A program made the translations under genes and the position numbers. A DNA stretch of 32,000 nt. It comes from Crocosphaera subtropica ATCC 51142 (GTDB lineage Bacteria > Cyanobacteriota > Cyanobacteriia > Cyanobacteriales > Microcystaceae). The stretch is from contig NC_010546.1 of assembly GCF_000017845.1 (NCBI RefSeq), positions 2,940,001-2,972,000 of the forward strand. The letters run 5' to 3'. Within the stretch, counting starts at the first letter, position 1. The number at the start of each line of letters is the position of its first letter. Positions 1-8,190 of the stretch are shown one piece after another. The notes under the pieces were generated by a model. It searched no databases. It saw only the letters and a list, made by a program, of their open reading frames with translations, and was not told the origin of the DNA.

Positions 1-86
1 ATCGCTGCGATAGCTTTGAATTAGATATTATTCAAGGACAAGAATTACAAATTAAAGAGATGGAGGTAGAAGAATTATGTGTGTAA
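1..86 (+). CDS. hypA: Hydrogenase nickel insertion protein HypA, 3' end only (gene starts upstream of the window)
   Basis: Frame 3 reads RCDSFELDIIQGQELQIKEMEVEELCV then TAA at 84-86. This resembles a HypA C-terminus (last Cys of the zinc motif followed by G-x-EL-x-I-x-x-x-E). It overlaps the hypB ATG at 77 by 10 nt, which fits a hypAB operon. Confidence 0.55.
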   Translation, partial: RCDSFELDIIQGQELQIKEMEVEELCV

Positions 87-913
87 CTTGTGGTTGTTCT
101 GATGATCAGAATGTCACATTAACCAATGTTGCAACAGGGAAACTTAAGGAAATTAATGGTCATCATACCCATACGTTAGAAGATGGAACAGTGATTACTC
201 ATTCTCATGACCACAATCATAAACATGATCATCCTCATAATCATCTCTCAGAAATTCATGCAAAAATGCACGGAACGACTATCAGTTTAGAAGAAAAGAT
301 TTTACAAAAAAATGACTTAATGGCTGCTCAAAATCGTGGCTATTTTAAAGGTCGTAATATCTTAGCCTTAAATTTAGTGAGTTCTCCCGGTTCAGGTAAA
401 ACTACCCTCTTAACACGAACCATTAATGATTTAAAAGATAAAATTATCATCAATGTTATTGAGGGGGATCAAGAAACGGTTAATGATGCTCAAAAAATCA
501 AAGAAACTGGTTGCAAAGTGGTACAAATCAACACAGGAACCGGTTGCCATCTAGAAGCATCGATGGTGGAAAAAGGCTATACAGAACTAAACCCTGAACC
601 TAATTCAATTCTCATGATTGAAAATGTAGGTAATTTAGTTTGTCCTGCATTATTTGATCTCGGAGAAGCCGCTAAAGTTGCGATCCTATCCGTAACAGAA
701 GGAGAAGACAAACCCATCAAATACCCGCATATGTTCCGAGAGAGTAAAGTCATGATTTTAACTAAAATTGACTTACTTCCTTACGTTCAATTTGATGTAA
801 ACAAATGTCTTGAATATGCCCAAAAAGTTAACCCTTCCTTAACTATATTTCAAGTTTCATCCGTGACAGGAGAAGGGTTATCTTCTTGGTATGATTGGCT
901 AGAAAATCAATAA
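77..913 (+). CDS. hypB: Hydrogenase maturation nickel-binding GTPase HypB
   Basis: N-terminal MCVTCGCS (CxxCGC high-affinity Ni site). His-rich tract HHTHT..HSHDHNHKHDHPHNH. P-loop SSPGSGKTT. ENVGNLVCP and TKIDL GTPase motifs. Confidence 0.95.
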   Translation: MCVTCGCSDDQNVTLTNVATGKLKEINGHHTHTLEDGTVITHSHDHNHKHDHPHNHLSEIHAKMHGTTISLEEKILQKNDLMAAQNRGYFKGRNILALNLVSSPGSGKTTLLTRTINDLKDKIIINVIEGDQETVNDAQKIKETGCKVVQINTGTGCHLEASMVEKGYTELNPEPNSILMIENVGNLVCPALFDLGEAAKVAILSVTEGEDKPIKYPHMFRESKVMILTKIDLLPYVQFDVNKCLEYAQKVNPSLTIFQVSSVTGEGLSSWYDWLENQ

Positions 914-960
914 GCAATCCTGGACTCACAATTTTAAAAGTTTGTGATAAGGTAGATAAA

Positions 961-1144
961 GAAAGGCTGCCGTGTTGGTGACTGCCAATAAAGTTTTTTG
1001 ATCTATGCTTTGAGTTTAAGGGCGTTAACCAGCTATCGTGGCAGTAAACCGAGCTTGTACTCGGAAACGGAAACGATAAGCGGTCGATACCCACCTGGTT
1101 TTTCCAGGTCATAAACTGAGGTAAAACGGCACGGCGGTCTTTCA
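961..1144 (+). ncRNA. Candidate structured RNA of about 184 nt; identity unknown, with 6S-RNA-like size and architecture as the leading guess
   Basis: A 17-bp closing helix pairs 961-977 with 1127-1143 and has 4 G.U wobbles that would be A.C mismatches on the minus strand. A long apical hairpin pairs 1020-1030 with 1082-1092 and 1032-1039 with 1073-1081, and is capped by ccgag-cttgta-ctcgg at 1049-1064. A side hairpin acctgg-ttttt-ccaggt lies at 1093-1109. The region has no convincing ORF. Confidence 0.4.
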
Positions 1145-1248
1145 AACTCCTCAGAGTGAATGTCAAGATTTATAGATATTATCGAAACTGAGCAAGACAA
1201 AATCTTAAACTTAACCTAAAATTAAAGAAAACCTAACCATTTTAGGCA

Positions 1249-2523
1249 TTGAGACAACAGACAAATCGTTGCAAAACTTTGGGTTTTCCTGTAAGTGTAA
1301 CCAAACTCGACCAGGGGATAACGGTTGTCCACCAAAATCTTACTATTACCCCTGTGACCGTGGTTGATGTATGGGTCAAAGCAGGGGCAAGAATGGAACC
1401 CCACCACTGGAAAGGAACCGCCCATTTTTTAGAACATATGATCTTCAAAGGAAGTTCAGCTATTCTTCCGGGACATTTTGATCAAGTCATAGAACACAAT
1501 GGGGGCATAACTAACGCCTTTACCAGTCATGACTATGCCCATTTTTTCTTAACCGTCGCCGGCGATCACCTAACCCAGACGTTACCCTATCTAGGAGAAA
1601 TTTTACTCCAAGCTTCCATTCCCGATAAAGAATTTATACTCGAAAGGGATGTCATCTTAGAAGAGATTAGATTATCTTATGATGATCCCGACTGGGTCTG
1701 CTTTCAAAGCTTGTGCGAAACATTATACCAACATCATCCCTACGGCCGCTCAATTCTTGGTCACGAAACCCAACTAAGAGACTATTCAGCCCATCAGTTA
1801 CGATGTTTTCATCGGACTCATTATCAACCCCATAACATGACGGTGGTGGTGGTAGGGAACATTGAAGAAAAGACAGCTTTATCATTAGTTGAAAAGACCT
1901 TTTCTGACTTTAGTGTTCCTTCGGAATGTCCCCCTCATGAAATCATCTCAGAACCCCCTCTAAAAGAAATTAGACGTAATCATATTTATTTTCCGAGATT
2001 AGCCCACGGACGCTTACTGATGGGATGGATAGGACCAGGAATTGACCAACTAGACGAAGGGATAGGACTCGATTTACTATCAGTGATTTTAGCAGGGGCA
2101 AGAACGTCCCGTCTCGTTCAAGAGTTACGGGAGGACAAACAACTGGTAATGGATATTGAAAGTTCTTTTTCCTTGCAACAAGATTCTAGTTTGTTTACCA
2201 TTGGGGCATGGTTAGATCCCCAAAATTTAGAAGCAGTAGAGGCAATCATCTGCGATCGCTTAAACCAATTACAACAAGAACCCATCACACAAGCAGAATT
2301 AAACAAAGCGAAACGATTACTGTGTCATGATTATATTTTTTCTACGGAAACCCCTAGTCAATTAGCAGGATTATATGGTTATTATCAAACCTTAGCCGAT
2401 GCCAAACTGGCCTTCAGCTATCCGATCTTGATTCAACAATATACTGCGGAGAAATTGCAACAAATGGCTTGTCAATATTTATCCACCCAACAGTATGCTA
2501 TCACCATCATGAAACCCTGCTGA
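1249..2523 (+). CDS. M16 (pitrilysin) family zinc peptidase, catalytically competent subunit
   Basis: HFLEHMIFKG contains the inverted zinc motif HxxEH. The downstream ERDVILEEI glutamate motif is present. The ORF-track start is a TTG at 1249, so the true start is uncertain by a few tens of nt. Confidence 0.85.
   Translation: MRQQTNRCKTLGFPVSVTKLDQGITVVHQNLTITPVTVVDVWVKAGARMEPHHWKGTAHFLEHMIFKGSSAILPGHFDQVIEHNGGITNAFTSHDYAHFFLTVAGDHLTQTLPYLGEILLQASIPDKEFILERDVILEEIRLSYDDPDWVCFQSLCETLYQHHPYGRSILGHETQLRDYSAHQLRCFHRTHYQPHNMTVVVVGNIEEKTALSLVEKTFSDFSVPSECPPHEIISEPPLKEIRRNHIYFPRLAHGRLLMGWIGPGIDQLDEGIGLDLLSVILAGARTSRLVQELREDKQLVMDIESSFSLQQDSSLFTIGAWLDPQNLEAVEAIICDRLNQLQQEPITQAELNKAKRLLCHDYIFSTETPSQLAGLYGYYQTLADAKLAFSYPILIQQYTAEKLQQMACQYLSTQQYAITIMKPC
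2252..2259. repeat. HIP1 octamer GCGATCGC, one of 12 copies found by eye
   Basis: Exact GCGATCGC starts at 2252, 2898, 4637, 4774, 6619, 9400, 15883, 16816, 17499, 20200 and 26927, as well as this copy. That density is far above chance for an 8-mer in 32 kb and is a cyanobacterial hallmark. Confidence 0.9.
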
Positions 2524-2544
2524 TTAATTAAAACTTATTCAATA

Positions 2545-3816
2545 ATGAAACAATTTTCTCCCGTTTCACCCTCCAAATTTATCCATCGCTTACAATTAGA
2601 TAATGGCATCACATTAATTGTCCGAGAAAATCCTACAGCCGACTTGATATCTGGGCGATTTTTCTGGAAACAAGCGGGTACTTTATGGGAAAAACCAGAA
2701 AAAGCAGGAATTTTTCATTTATTAGCCAGTGTTCTCACCAAAGGAACCCAAACCATGTCTTCTCTTGATATTGCAGAAGCCATTGAATCGATGGGGGCTA
2801 GTTTAGGAGGGGATACCGCATCGGATTATTTTATGATGAGTATTAAAACGGTTTCAGCCGATTTTAAAGCTATCTTAAACTTATTAGCAGAAATTGTGCG
2901 ATCGCCTACTTTTCCAGAAGAAGAAATTACCCTAGAAAAACAGTTAATTTGTCAAAGTATTCGTTCCCAACAAGAACAACCGTTTAATATTGCTTTTAAT
3001 CAATTACGACAAACAATGTACGGGGAACACCCCTACGGACGCTCAATTTTAGGCACAGAAGAAACCGTTTGTCAAGTCAGTCGAGAAGACTTACAACAGT
3101 GTCATTACGAACATTTTCGTCCCTCCAATTTAATTATTAGTTTATCGGGCAATCTTACCCTAAATCAAGGGGTTGCGTTAATTGAGAAAACCTTTGGAAC
3201 TTGGGAAAATACCTCCCCTCATTTAACCCTTTCATCCCTTCCTCGCTTAACGGTTTCTCCTAGTGAAGTCATTACCCATCAATCCAGTCAGCAAACCATT
3301 ATTATGTTAGGCTATTTAGCAGTTGGGGTTGCTCATATTGATTACCCTGTTTTGAAACTATTAAGTACCTATTTGGGAAATGGTTTATCGAGTCGTTTGT
3401 TTGTGGAATTAAGGGAAAAAAAAGGACTCGCTTATGACGTTTCTGCCTTTTTTCCGACTCGTTTACACCCCTCTAACTTTGTAACTTATATTGGTACAGC
3501 CCCACATAATACTAACATTGCCATTGAAGGATTAAAAAAAGAAACCGAAAGATTATGTGAGATAGAATTAACTTTAGAAGAACTGCAAACTGCTAAAAAT
3601 AAGTTATTAGGACAATACGCATTAGGAAAACAAACCAACGCAGAAGTTGCCCATTTATATGGATGGTATGAAACCCTAGGATTAGGCATTGAATTTGATC
3701 AGAAATTTCCTGAATTTATCAATAACATTACTTCTGAAATGGTCCAGAAAGCAGCCAAAAACTATTTATTATCCCCTTACGTTTCTATTGTGGGATCGGA
3801 AATCACAATTAATTAA
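2545..3816 (+). CDS. M16 family peptidase-like protein, non-catalytic partner subunit
   Basis: Same fold signature as the upstream gene (L.NGI.L, HPYGRSILG). The HxxEH position reads FHLLASVLTKG, so there are no zinc ligands. It lies 21 nt downstream of the active paralog. Confidence 0.85.
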   Translation: MKQFSPVSPSKFIHRLQLDNGITLIVRENPTADLISGRFFWKQAGTLWEKPEKAGIFHLLASVLTKGTQTMSSLDIAEAIESMGASLGGDTASDYFMMSIKTVSADFKAILNLLAEIVRSPTFPEEEITLEKQLICQSIRSQQEQPFNIAFNQLRQTMYGEHPYGRSILGTEETVCQVSREDLQQCHYEHFRPSNLIISLSGNLTLNQGVALIEKTFGTWENTSPHLTLSSLPRLTVSPSEVITHQSSQQTIIMLGYLAVGVAHIDYPVLKLLSTYLGNGLSSRLFVELREKKGLAYDVSAFFPTRLHPSNFVTYIGTAPHNTNIAIEGLKKETERLCEIELTLEELQTAKNKLLGQYALGKQTNAEVAHLYGWYETLGLGIEFDQKFPEFINNITSEMVQKAAKNYLLSPYVSIVGSEITIN

Positions 3817-3869
3817 AGATAACCAACGAATAAATAATCCCATAGTTCACTCTTGAAGTCAATAATGTA

Positions 3870-4826
3870 TTAATTTTCAAACTTCTCATAAGCTTCCACA
3901 ATTCTTTGAACCAAAGGATGACGAACCACATCCGCTTGAGAAAACTGACAAAAAGCAATACCTTCGACCGATTTTAAAATGTTAGTAGCCACCACTAAAC
4001 CTGACTCTTGATGTCTCGGTAAGTCGGTTTGGGTAATGTCCCCTGTTACTACCATTTTTGAGCCAAACCCTAACCGTGTCAACACCATTTTTAATTGTGC
4101 CGGTGTGGTATTTTGCGCCTCATCAACGATAACAAAGGCATTGCTTAAAGTACGTCCTCTCATATAAGCTAACGGGGCAACTTCTATTTGTCCTCTTTCC
4201 ATTAAATCAGGAATTCTTTGGGGATCAATAAACTCGTATAACGCATCGTATAAAGGTCTTAAAAAAGGGTTAACTTTTTGTTGTAAATCTCCTGGTAAAA
4301 AGCCCAATTTTTCCCCAGCTTCTACCGCCGGACGGGTTAAAATTAAGCGTTCACATTCATCATTTAATAACGCCCTAACCGCTAAAACCGCAGCTAAAAA
4401 TGTTTTTCCTGTTCCCGCTGGACCAATACAAAAAGTAACATCGTGTTTTTGTATCGCTTTAATATATTGCTTTTGTCGAAAGGTTTTCGCCCGAACCACT
4501 TCCCCTCGGCGAGTTCTTGCTAAAACAGACTTCTGTAGGTCTTGGTATTCGTCCATGCGTCCCGTATCTAACGCTTGAAACGCCGTCATTAAATCGGGAC
4601 GAGAAATGGTTTTCGCTTCTTCCCAGTAGGGTTGTAGCGATCGCAAAACTTTAATCACCCGTTCGACAGGTTTTTCAGGTCCATAAATACTCAATTCTTG
4701 ACCTCGCAAGACTAAGTTAGCCCCAGTGTGACGGGAGAGGAATTTGAGGTTTTCTTCGGCCACACCGGCTAAAGCGATCGCACTTTCATGACTGGGTAAT
4801 TGAAGGGTTTGAGAAGTTTCGGTCAT
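3870..4826 (-). CDS. phoH: PhoH-like ATPase
   Basis: Walker A GPAGTGKTF. Walker B region FVIVDEAQN. The TGDITQTDLP motif is typical of PhoH. Confidence 0.9.
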   Translation of the reverse strand: MTETSQTLQLPSHESAIALAGVAEENLKFLSRHTGANLVLRGQELSIYGPEKPVERVIKVLRSLQPYWEEAKTISRPDLMTAFQALDTGRMDEYQDLQKSVLARTRRGEVVRAKTFRQKQYIKAIQKHDVTFCIGPAGTGKTFLAAVLAVRALLNDECERLILTRPAVEAGEKLGFLPGDLQQKVNPFLRPLYDALYEFIDPQRIPDLMERGQIEVAPLAYMRGRTLSNAFVIVDEAQNTTPAQLKMVLTRLGFGSKMVVTGDITQTDLPRHQESGLVVATNILKSVEGIAFCQFSQADVVRHPLVQRIVEAYEKFEN

Positions 4827-5155
4827 TTATTATGGTTAATATAATCCTTTTTAAGATAATGGGGCTGTTTAAACAACGGTTATTATCAATGGTAGTAAAT
4901 GATTTGACACTTTGCCTACTTTATTAATTCATCGGCATTCAAATAACTTAACACAACCTTGCTGAATTTTCTACCAATTAACCTGAAGCTTTCATCAAAT
5001 AATCCCTTACAATTATTAATTATCACTAAGTTAAGCAAAAACGAAAAAAAAGTTAATTTTTAAGGAATCATCAAACCCTACAACTATTATCAAGCTAAAT
5101 AGAATAGTAGTGACCTTCAAGCCTATCATCTATTGTCATTTTTAACTAAAGAATC

Positions 5156-6268
5156 ATGAAATTTGTTGATGAATATCGCAGTGCAGATTTAGCGCAAAAA
5201 TATGTAGAAGAAATTAGAAAAAGTGTGACTCAACCTTGGACCATTATGGAAATTTGTGGCGGGCAAACTCACTCTATTGTTAAATACGGAATCGATAGTT
5301 TATTACCTCCTGAAATAACCCTGATTCATGGGCCAGGTTGTCCTGTTTGTGTGACTCCTATTGAGTTAATCGATTGTGCGTTAAAAATTGCCAGTCTTTC
5401 TAATGTTATTTTTTGTTCTTTTGGGGATATGTTACGGGTTCCTGGAAGTGAAAAAGATTTATTAACTATCAAAGCGTCTGGGGGAGATGTTCGCATTGTT
5501 TATTCACCCTTAGATAGTTTAAAAATTGCCCAAGAAAATCCTGATAAAGAGGTGGTTTTTTTTGCTGTTGGCTTTGAAACCACTACACCAGCAACGGCGA
5601 TGGCAGTGTATCAGGCCAAACAACAGGGAATTAATAACTTTTCTTTATTAGTTTCTCATGTCTTGGTTCCTCCGGCCATGGAAGCCCTTTTATCCTCTCC
5701 TAATTGTGTGGTTCAAGGATTTTTAGCAGCCGGTCATGTTTGTACAGTCATGGGTTATGAAGCTTATGAACCCATTGCTAAAAAATATCAAGTTCCTATC
5801 GTTGTAACTGGCTTTGAACCGATCGATGTTTTGCAAGGAATTTATCATTGTATTCAACAGTTAGAAACAGGAAAATTTGACTGTGAAAATCAATATCTTC
5901 GTTCGGTGAAAACCCAAGGCAATTCCTTAGCCCAACAAGTCATTCAAGAAGTTTTTGAAGTGGTTCCCCGTTGTTGGCGAGGCATTGGAAAAATTGAAGA
6001 GAGTGGGTTAGGATTGCGCCCAGAATATGCCCTGTATGATGCCTTAAAACGCTTTGAAGCCGAGTTATCATCCTTGACCCCATCCACTGCCCCAGAGGTG
6101 TGTATCAGTGGTCAAATCATGCAAGGTTACAAAAAGCCCAATGATTGTCCTGCCTTCGGAACCCAATGTACTCCGGAAAACCCCCTAGGCGCACCGATGG
6201 TATCGTCAGAAGGGGCTTGTGCAGCCTATTACCGCTATCGACATCATCAACAAACCGCCCCTTGTTAA
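5156..6268 (+). CDS. hypD: Hydrogenase maturation protein HypD
   Basis: MKFVDEYR start. [16 protein letters not shown] and FFAVGFETT motifs. C-terminal cysteine cluster ([22 protein letters not shown]). Confidence 0.95.
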   Translation: MKFVDEYRSADLAQKYVEEIRKSVTQPWTIMEICGGQTHSIVKYGIDSLLPPEITLIHGPGCPVCVTPIELIDCALKIASLSNVIFCSFGDMLRVPGSEKDLLTIKASGGDVRIVYSPLDSLKIAQENPDKEVVFFAVGFETTTPATAMAVYQAKQQGINNFSLLVSHVLVPPAMEALLSSPNCVVQGFLAAGHVCTVMGYEAYEPIAKKYQVPIVVTGFEPIDVLQGIYHCIQQLETGKFDCENQYLRSVKTQGNSLAQQVIQEVFEVVPRCWRGIGKIEESGLGLRPEYALYDALKRFEAELSSLTPSTAPEVCISGQIMQGYKKPNDCPAFGTQCTPENPLGAPMVSSEGACAAYYRYRHHQQTAPC

Positions 6269-6455
6269 CTCCGAATTTCTGAACAAAATATTACAAAATA
6301 TTAAGAAACAATAGTGAATGTCAACACAATGCCAGAAAATAATTGGGTCAGGTTGCTTAATAACGAATCAAGTTGACCGATTCAATCGCAACCCGATTTC
6401 GTATAAGATGTCAGCTTAAGAGCATCTAATTCAATTTATTGGGAGGAATCCATCA

Positions 6456-6941
6456 ATGAGTATTGTCACGAAATCCATCGTGAATGCTGATGCAGAAGCC
6501 CGCTACCTCAGCCCTGGCGAACTTGATAGAATCAAAGCCTTTGTGACTGGTGGTGCTGCCCGTTTACGCATTGCAGAAACCTTAACCGGTTCACGGGAAA
6601 CTATTGTTAAGCAAGCCGGCGATCGCTTATTCCAAAAGCGTCCTGATGTTGTTTCTCCTGGTGGAAACGCTTATGGTGAAGAAATGACCGCTACCTGTCT
6701 TCGTGACATGGACTACTATCTTCGTCTGATCACCTACGGAATCGTTTCTGGTGACGTTACCCCCATCGAAGAAATTGGTTTAGTAGGGGTAAGGGAAATG
6801 TACAAATCTTTGGGAACCCCCATTGAAGCTGTAGCCCAAAGTGTACGGGAAATGAAAGAAGTAGCAACCGGAATGATGTCTGCTGATGACGCAGCAGAAG
6901 CTGGTTCTTACTTTGATTATGTCATTGGTGCGATGAGCTAA
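6456..6941 (+). CDS. apcA: Allophycocyanin alpha subunit
   Basis: [26 protein letters not shown], 161 aa. Chromophore Cys context [14 protein letters not shown]-like gggagga at 6441-6447. Confidence 0.97.
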   Translation: MSIVTKSIVNADAEARYLSPGELDRIKAFVTGGAARLRIAETLTGSRETIVKQAGDRLFQKRPDVVSPGGNAYGEEMTATCLRDMDYYLRLITYGIVSGDVTPIEEIGLVGVREMYKSLGTPIEAVAQSVREMKEVATGMMSADDAAEAGSYFDYVIGAMS

Positions 6942-7028
6942 AACGAGTTTAACAAACTCAAATTATCCCAGCCGTCCCCAATAATTGTAAGACTGTTGAA
7001 GACTAGGCAAGATTAAGGAAGCAAAACT

Positions 7029-7514
7029 ATGCAAGACGCAATTACCTCCGTCATTAATTCCGCCGACGTACAAGGAAAGTACCTTGATGGCGCTGCTATG
7101 GACAAACTGAAAAGCTACTTTGCTACCGGAGAACTCCGTGTACGCGCTGCTAGTGTTATCAGTGCTAACGCTGCTGCTATTGTTAAAGAAGCAGTTGCGA
7201 AGTCCTTACTATATTCCGATGTTACCCGTCCTGGTGGTAATATGTACACCACTCGTCGTTACGCTGCTTGTATTCGTGACCTCGACTACTACTTACGTTA
7301 TTCCACCTATGCTATGTTAGCGGGTGATCCTTCAATCCTCGATGAGCGTGTTCTCAATGGATTAAAAGAAACCTACAATTCCTTAGGTGTTCCCGTTGGT
7401 AGCACTGTTCAAGCGATTCAAGCGATGAAAGAAGTGACCGCTGGTCTCGTTGGTGCAGACGCAGGAAAAGAAATGGGTGTTTATTTTGACTACATTTGCT
7501 CTGGCTTAAGCTAG
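7029..7514 (+). CDS. apcB: Allophycocyanin beta subunit
   Basis: [20 protein letters not shown], 161 aa. [13 protein letters not shown] chromophore site. Follows apcA by 87 nt. Confidence 0.97.
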   Translation: MQDAITSVINSADVQGKYLDGAAMDKLKSYFATGELRVRAASVISANAAAIVKEAVAKSLLYSDVTRPGGNMYTTRRYAACIRDLDYYLRYSTYAMLAGDPSILDERVLNGLKETYNSLGVPVGSTVQAIQAMKEVTAGLVGADAGKEMGVYFDYICSGLS

Positions 7515-7524
7515 AACCACTGAT

Positions 7525-7655
7525 GGTAACAACTAACTAAGGGTTACCCAGAGGAGGTTCGGGAAGTCTAGAGTGAGTGCTAGCTGGTTAAAGGCTTAAT
7601 CTTTGCTGCTAAAGATGGGTTTTGACGATCTAGTATTGACTCTTGACTCCCGAAC
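7525..7655 (+). promoter_or_regulatory. Structured apcB-apcC intergenic RNA element (possible partial terminator or processing site)
   Basis: A hairpin pairs ggtaac (7525-7530) with gttacc (7543-7548). A long-range helix pairs 7557-7568 (gttcgggaagtc) with 7645-7655 (gactcccgaac), giving 11 bp with one bulge and enclosing 76 nt. Confidence 0.4.
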
Positions 7656-7700
7656 TTTGTTGTATCAGGATTTTTGAGGAAATTTAGGAGAAGTTGACCC

Positions 7701-7904
7701 ATGCGAATGTTTAAAGTCACCGCTTGCGTTCCCAGTCAAACAAGAATTCGGACTCAGCGGGAATTACAAAATACCTTTTTCACAAAATTAGTTCCCTATG
7801 ATAATTGGTTTCGGGAACAACAACGAATCATGAAAATGGGCGGTAAAATCGTCAAAGTAGAATTGGCTACAGGGAAACCTGGAACTAATACTGGATTACT
7901 GTAG
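7701..7904 (+). CDS. apcC: Phycobilisome core linker protein Lc7.8 (ApcC)
   Basis: 67 aa, MRMFKVTACVPSQTRIRTQRELQNTFFTKLVPYDNWFREQQRIMKMGG, a CpcD-like domain. aggag lies about 12 nt upstream of the ATG. Confidence 0.95.
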   Translation: MRMFKVTACVPSQTRIRTQRELQNTFFTKLVPYDNWFREQQRIMKMGGKIVKVELATGKPGTNTGLL

Positions 7905-7967
7905 ATATGAAATAGTTATCTCAAAAACCATCAGTAGAAAAGGACAATCATCAGTTTCTACTCGGAT

Positions 7968-8001
7968 AAAAAGGGGTCTGTACAGACCCCTTTTTGTTTT
8001 T
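7968..8001 (+). terminator. Rho-independent terminator of the apcABC operon
   Basis: Perfect palindrome ggggtctgt/acagacccc at 7973-7990, preceded by an A-run and followed by tttttgttttt. Confidence 0.85.
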
Positions 8002-8190
8002 CAGCGCAAAATTTTTCTGGGAGATGGTAAACGAAGAGAAAAATTTGGGAATCCTGATAAAGAATAGTCAGACCTAGTAAAAATCATTTTCTGCTTCCAA
8101 ACACCAACAAGTCCACAAGATATAAGGACTCTTATAGAACTTAAACACTATTATCAGCCAACCCTAAATACACCCTATTGTTAACCACTC

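Noticed and set aside
961-1144. Cobalamin or other riboswitch upstream of the M16 peptidase
   Set aside because: No B12-box-like core (GCCACUG with a GGGAA context) or other riboswitch consensus that I recognise. The ends of the element pair with each other rather than forming an expression platform next to the start codon.
843-1166. 107-aa minus-strand ORF covering the hypB-peptidase spacer
   Set aside because: It overlaps the hypB 3' end and the structured RNA candidate. The peptide shows no recognisable motif. Helix wobble pairs indicate that function lies on the plus strand as RNA.
6269-6455. apcA promoter call from TTGACC (about 6374) and tataag (about 6402)
   Set aside because: The spacing between the two hexamers is about 23 nt, which is not canonical. 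Cyanobacterial apcA leaders can be long, so I cannot place the promoter reliably from sequence alone.
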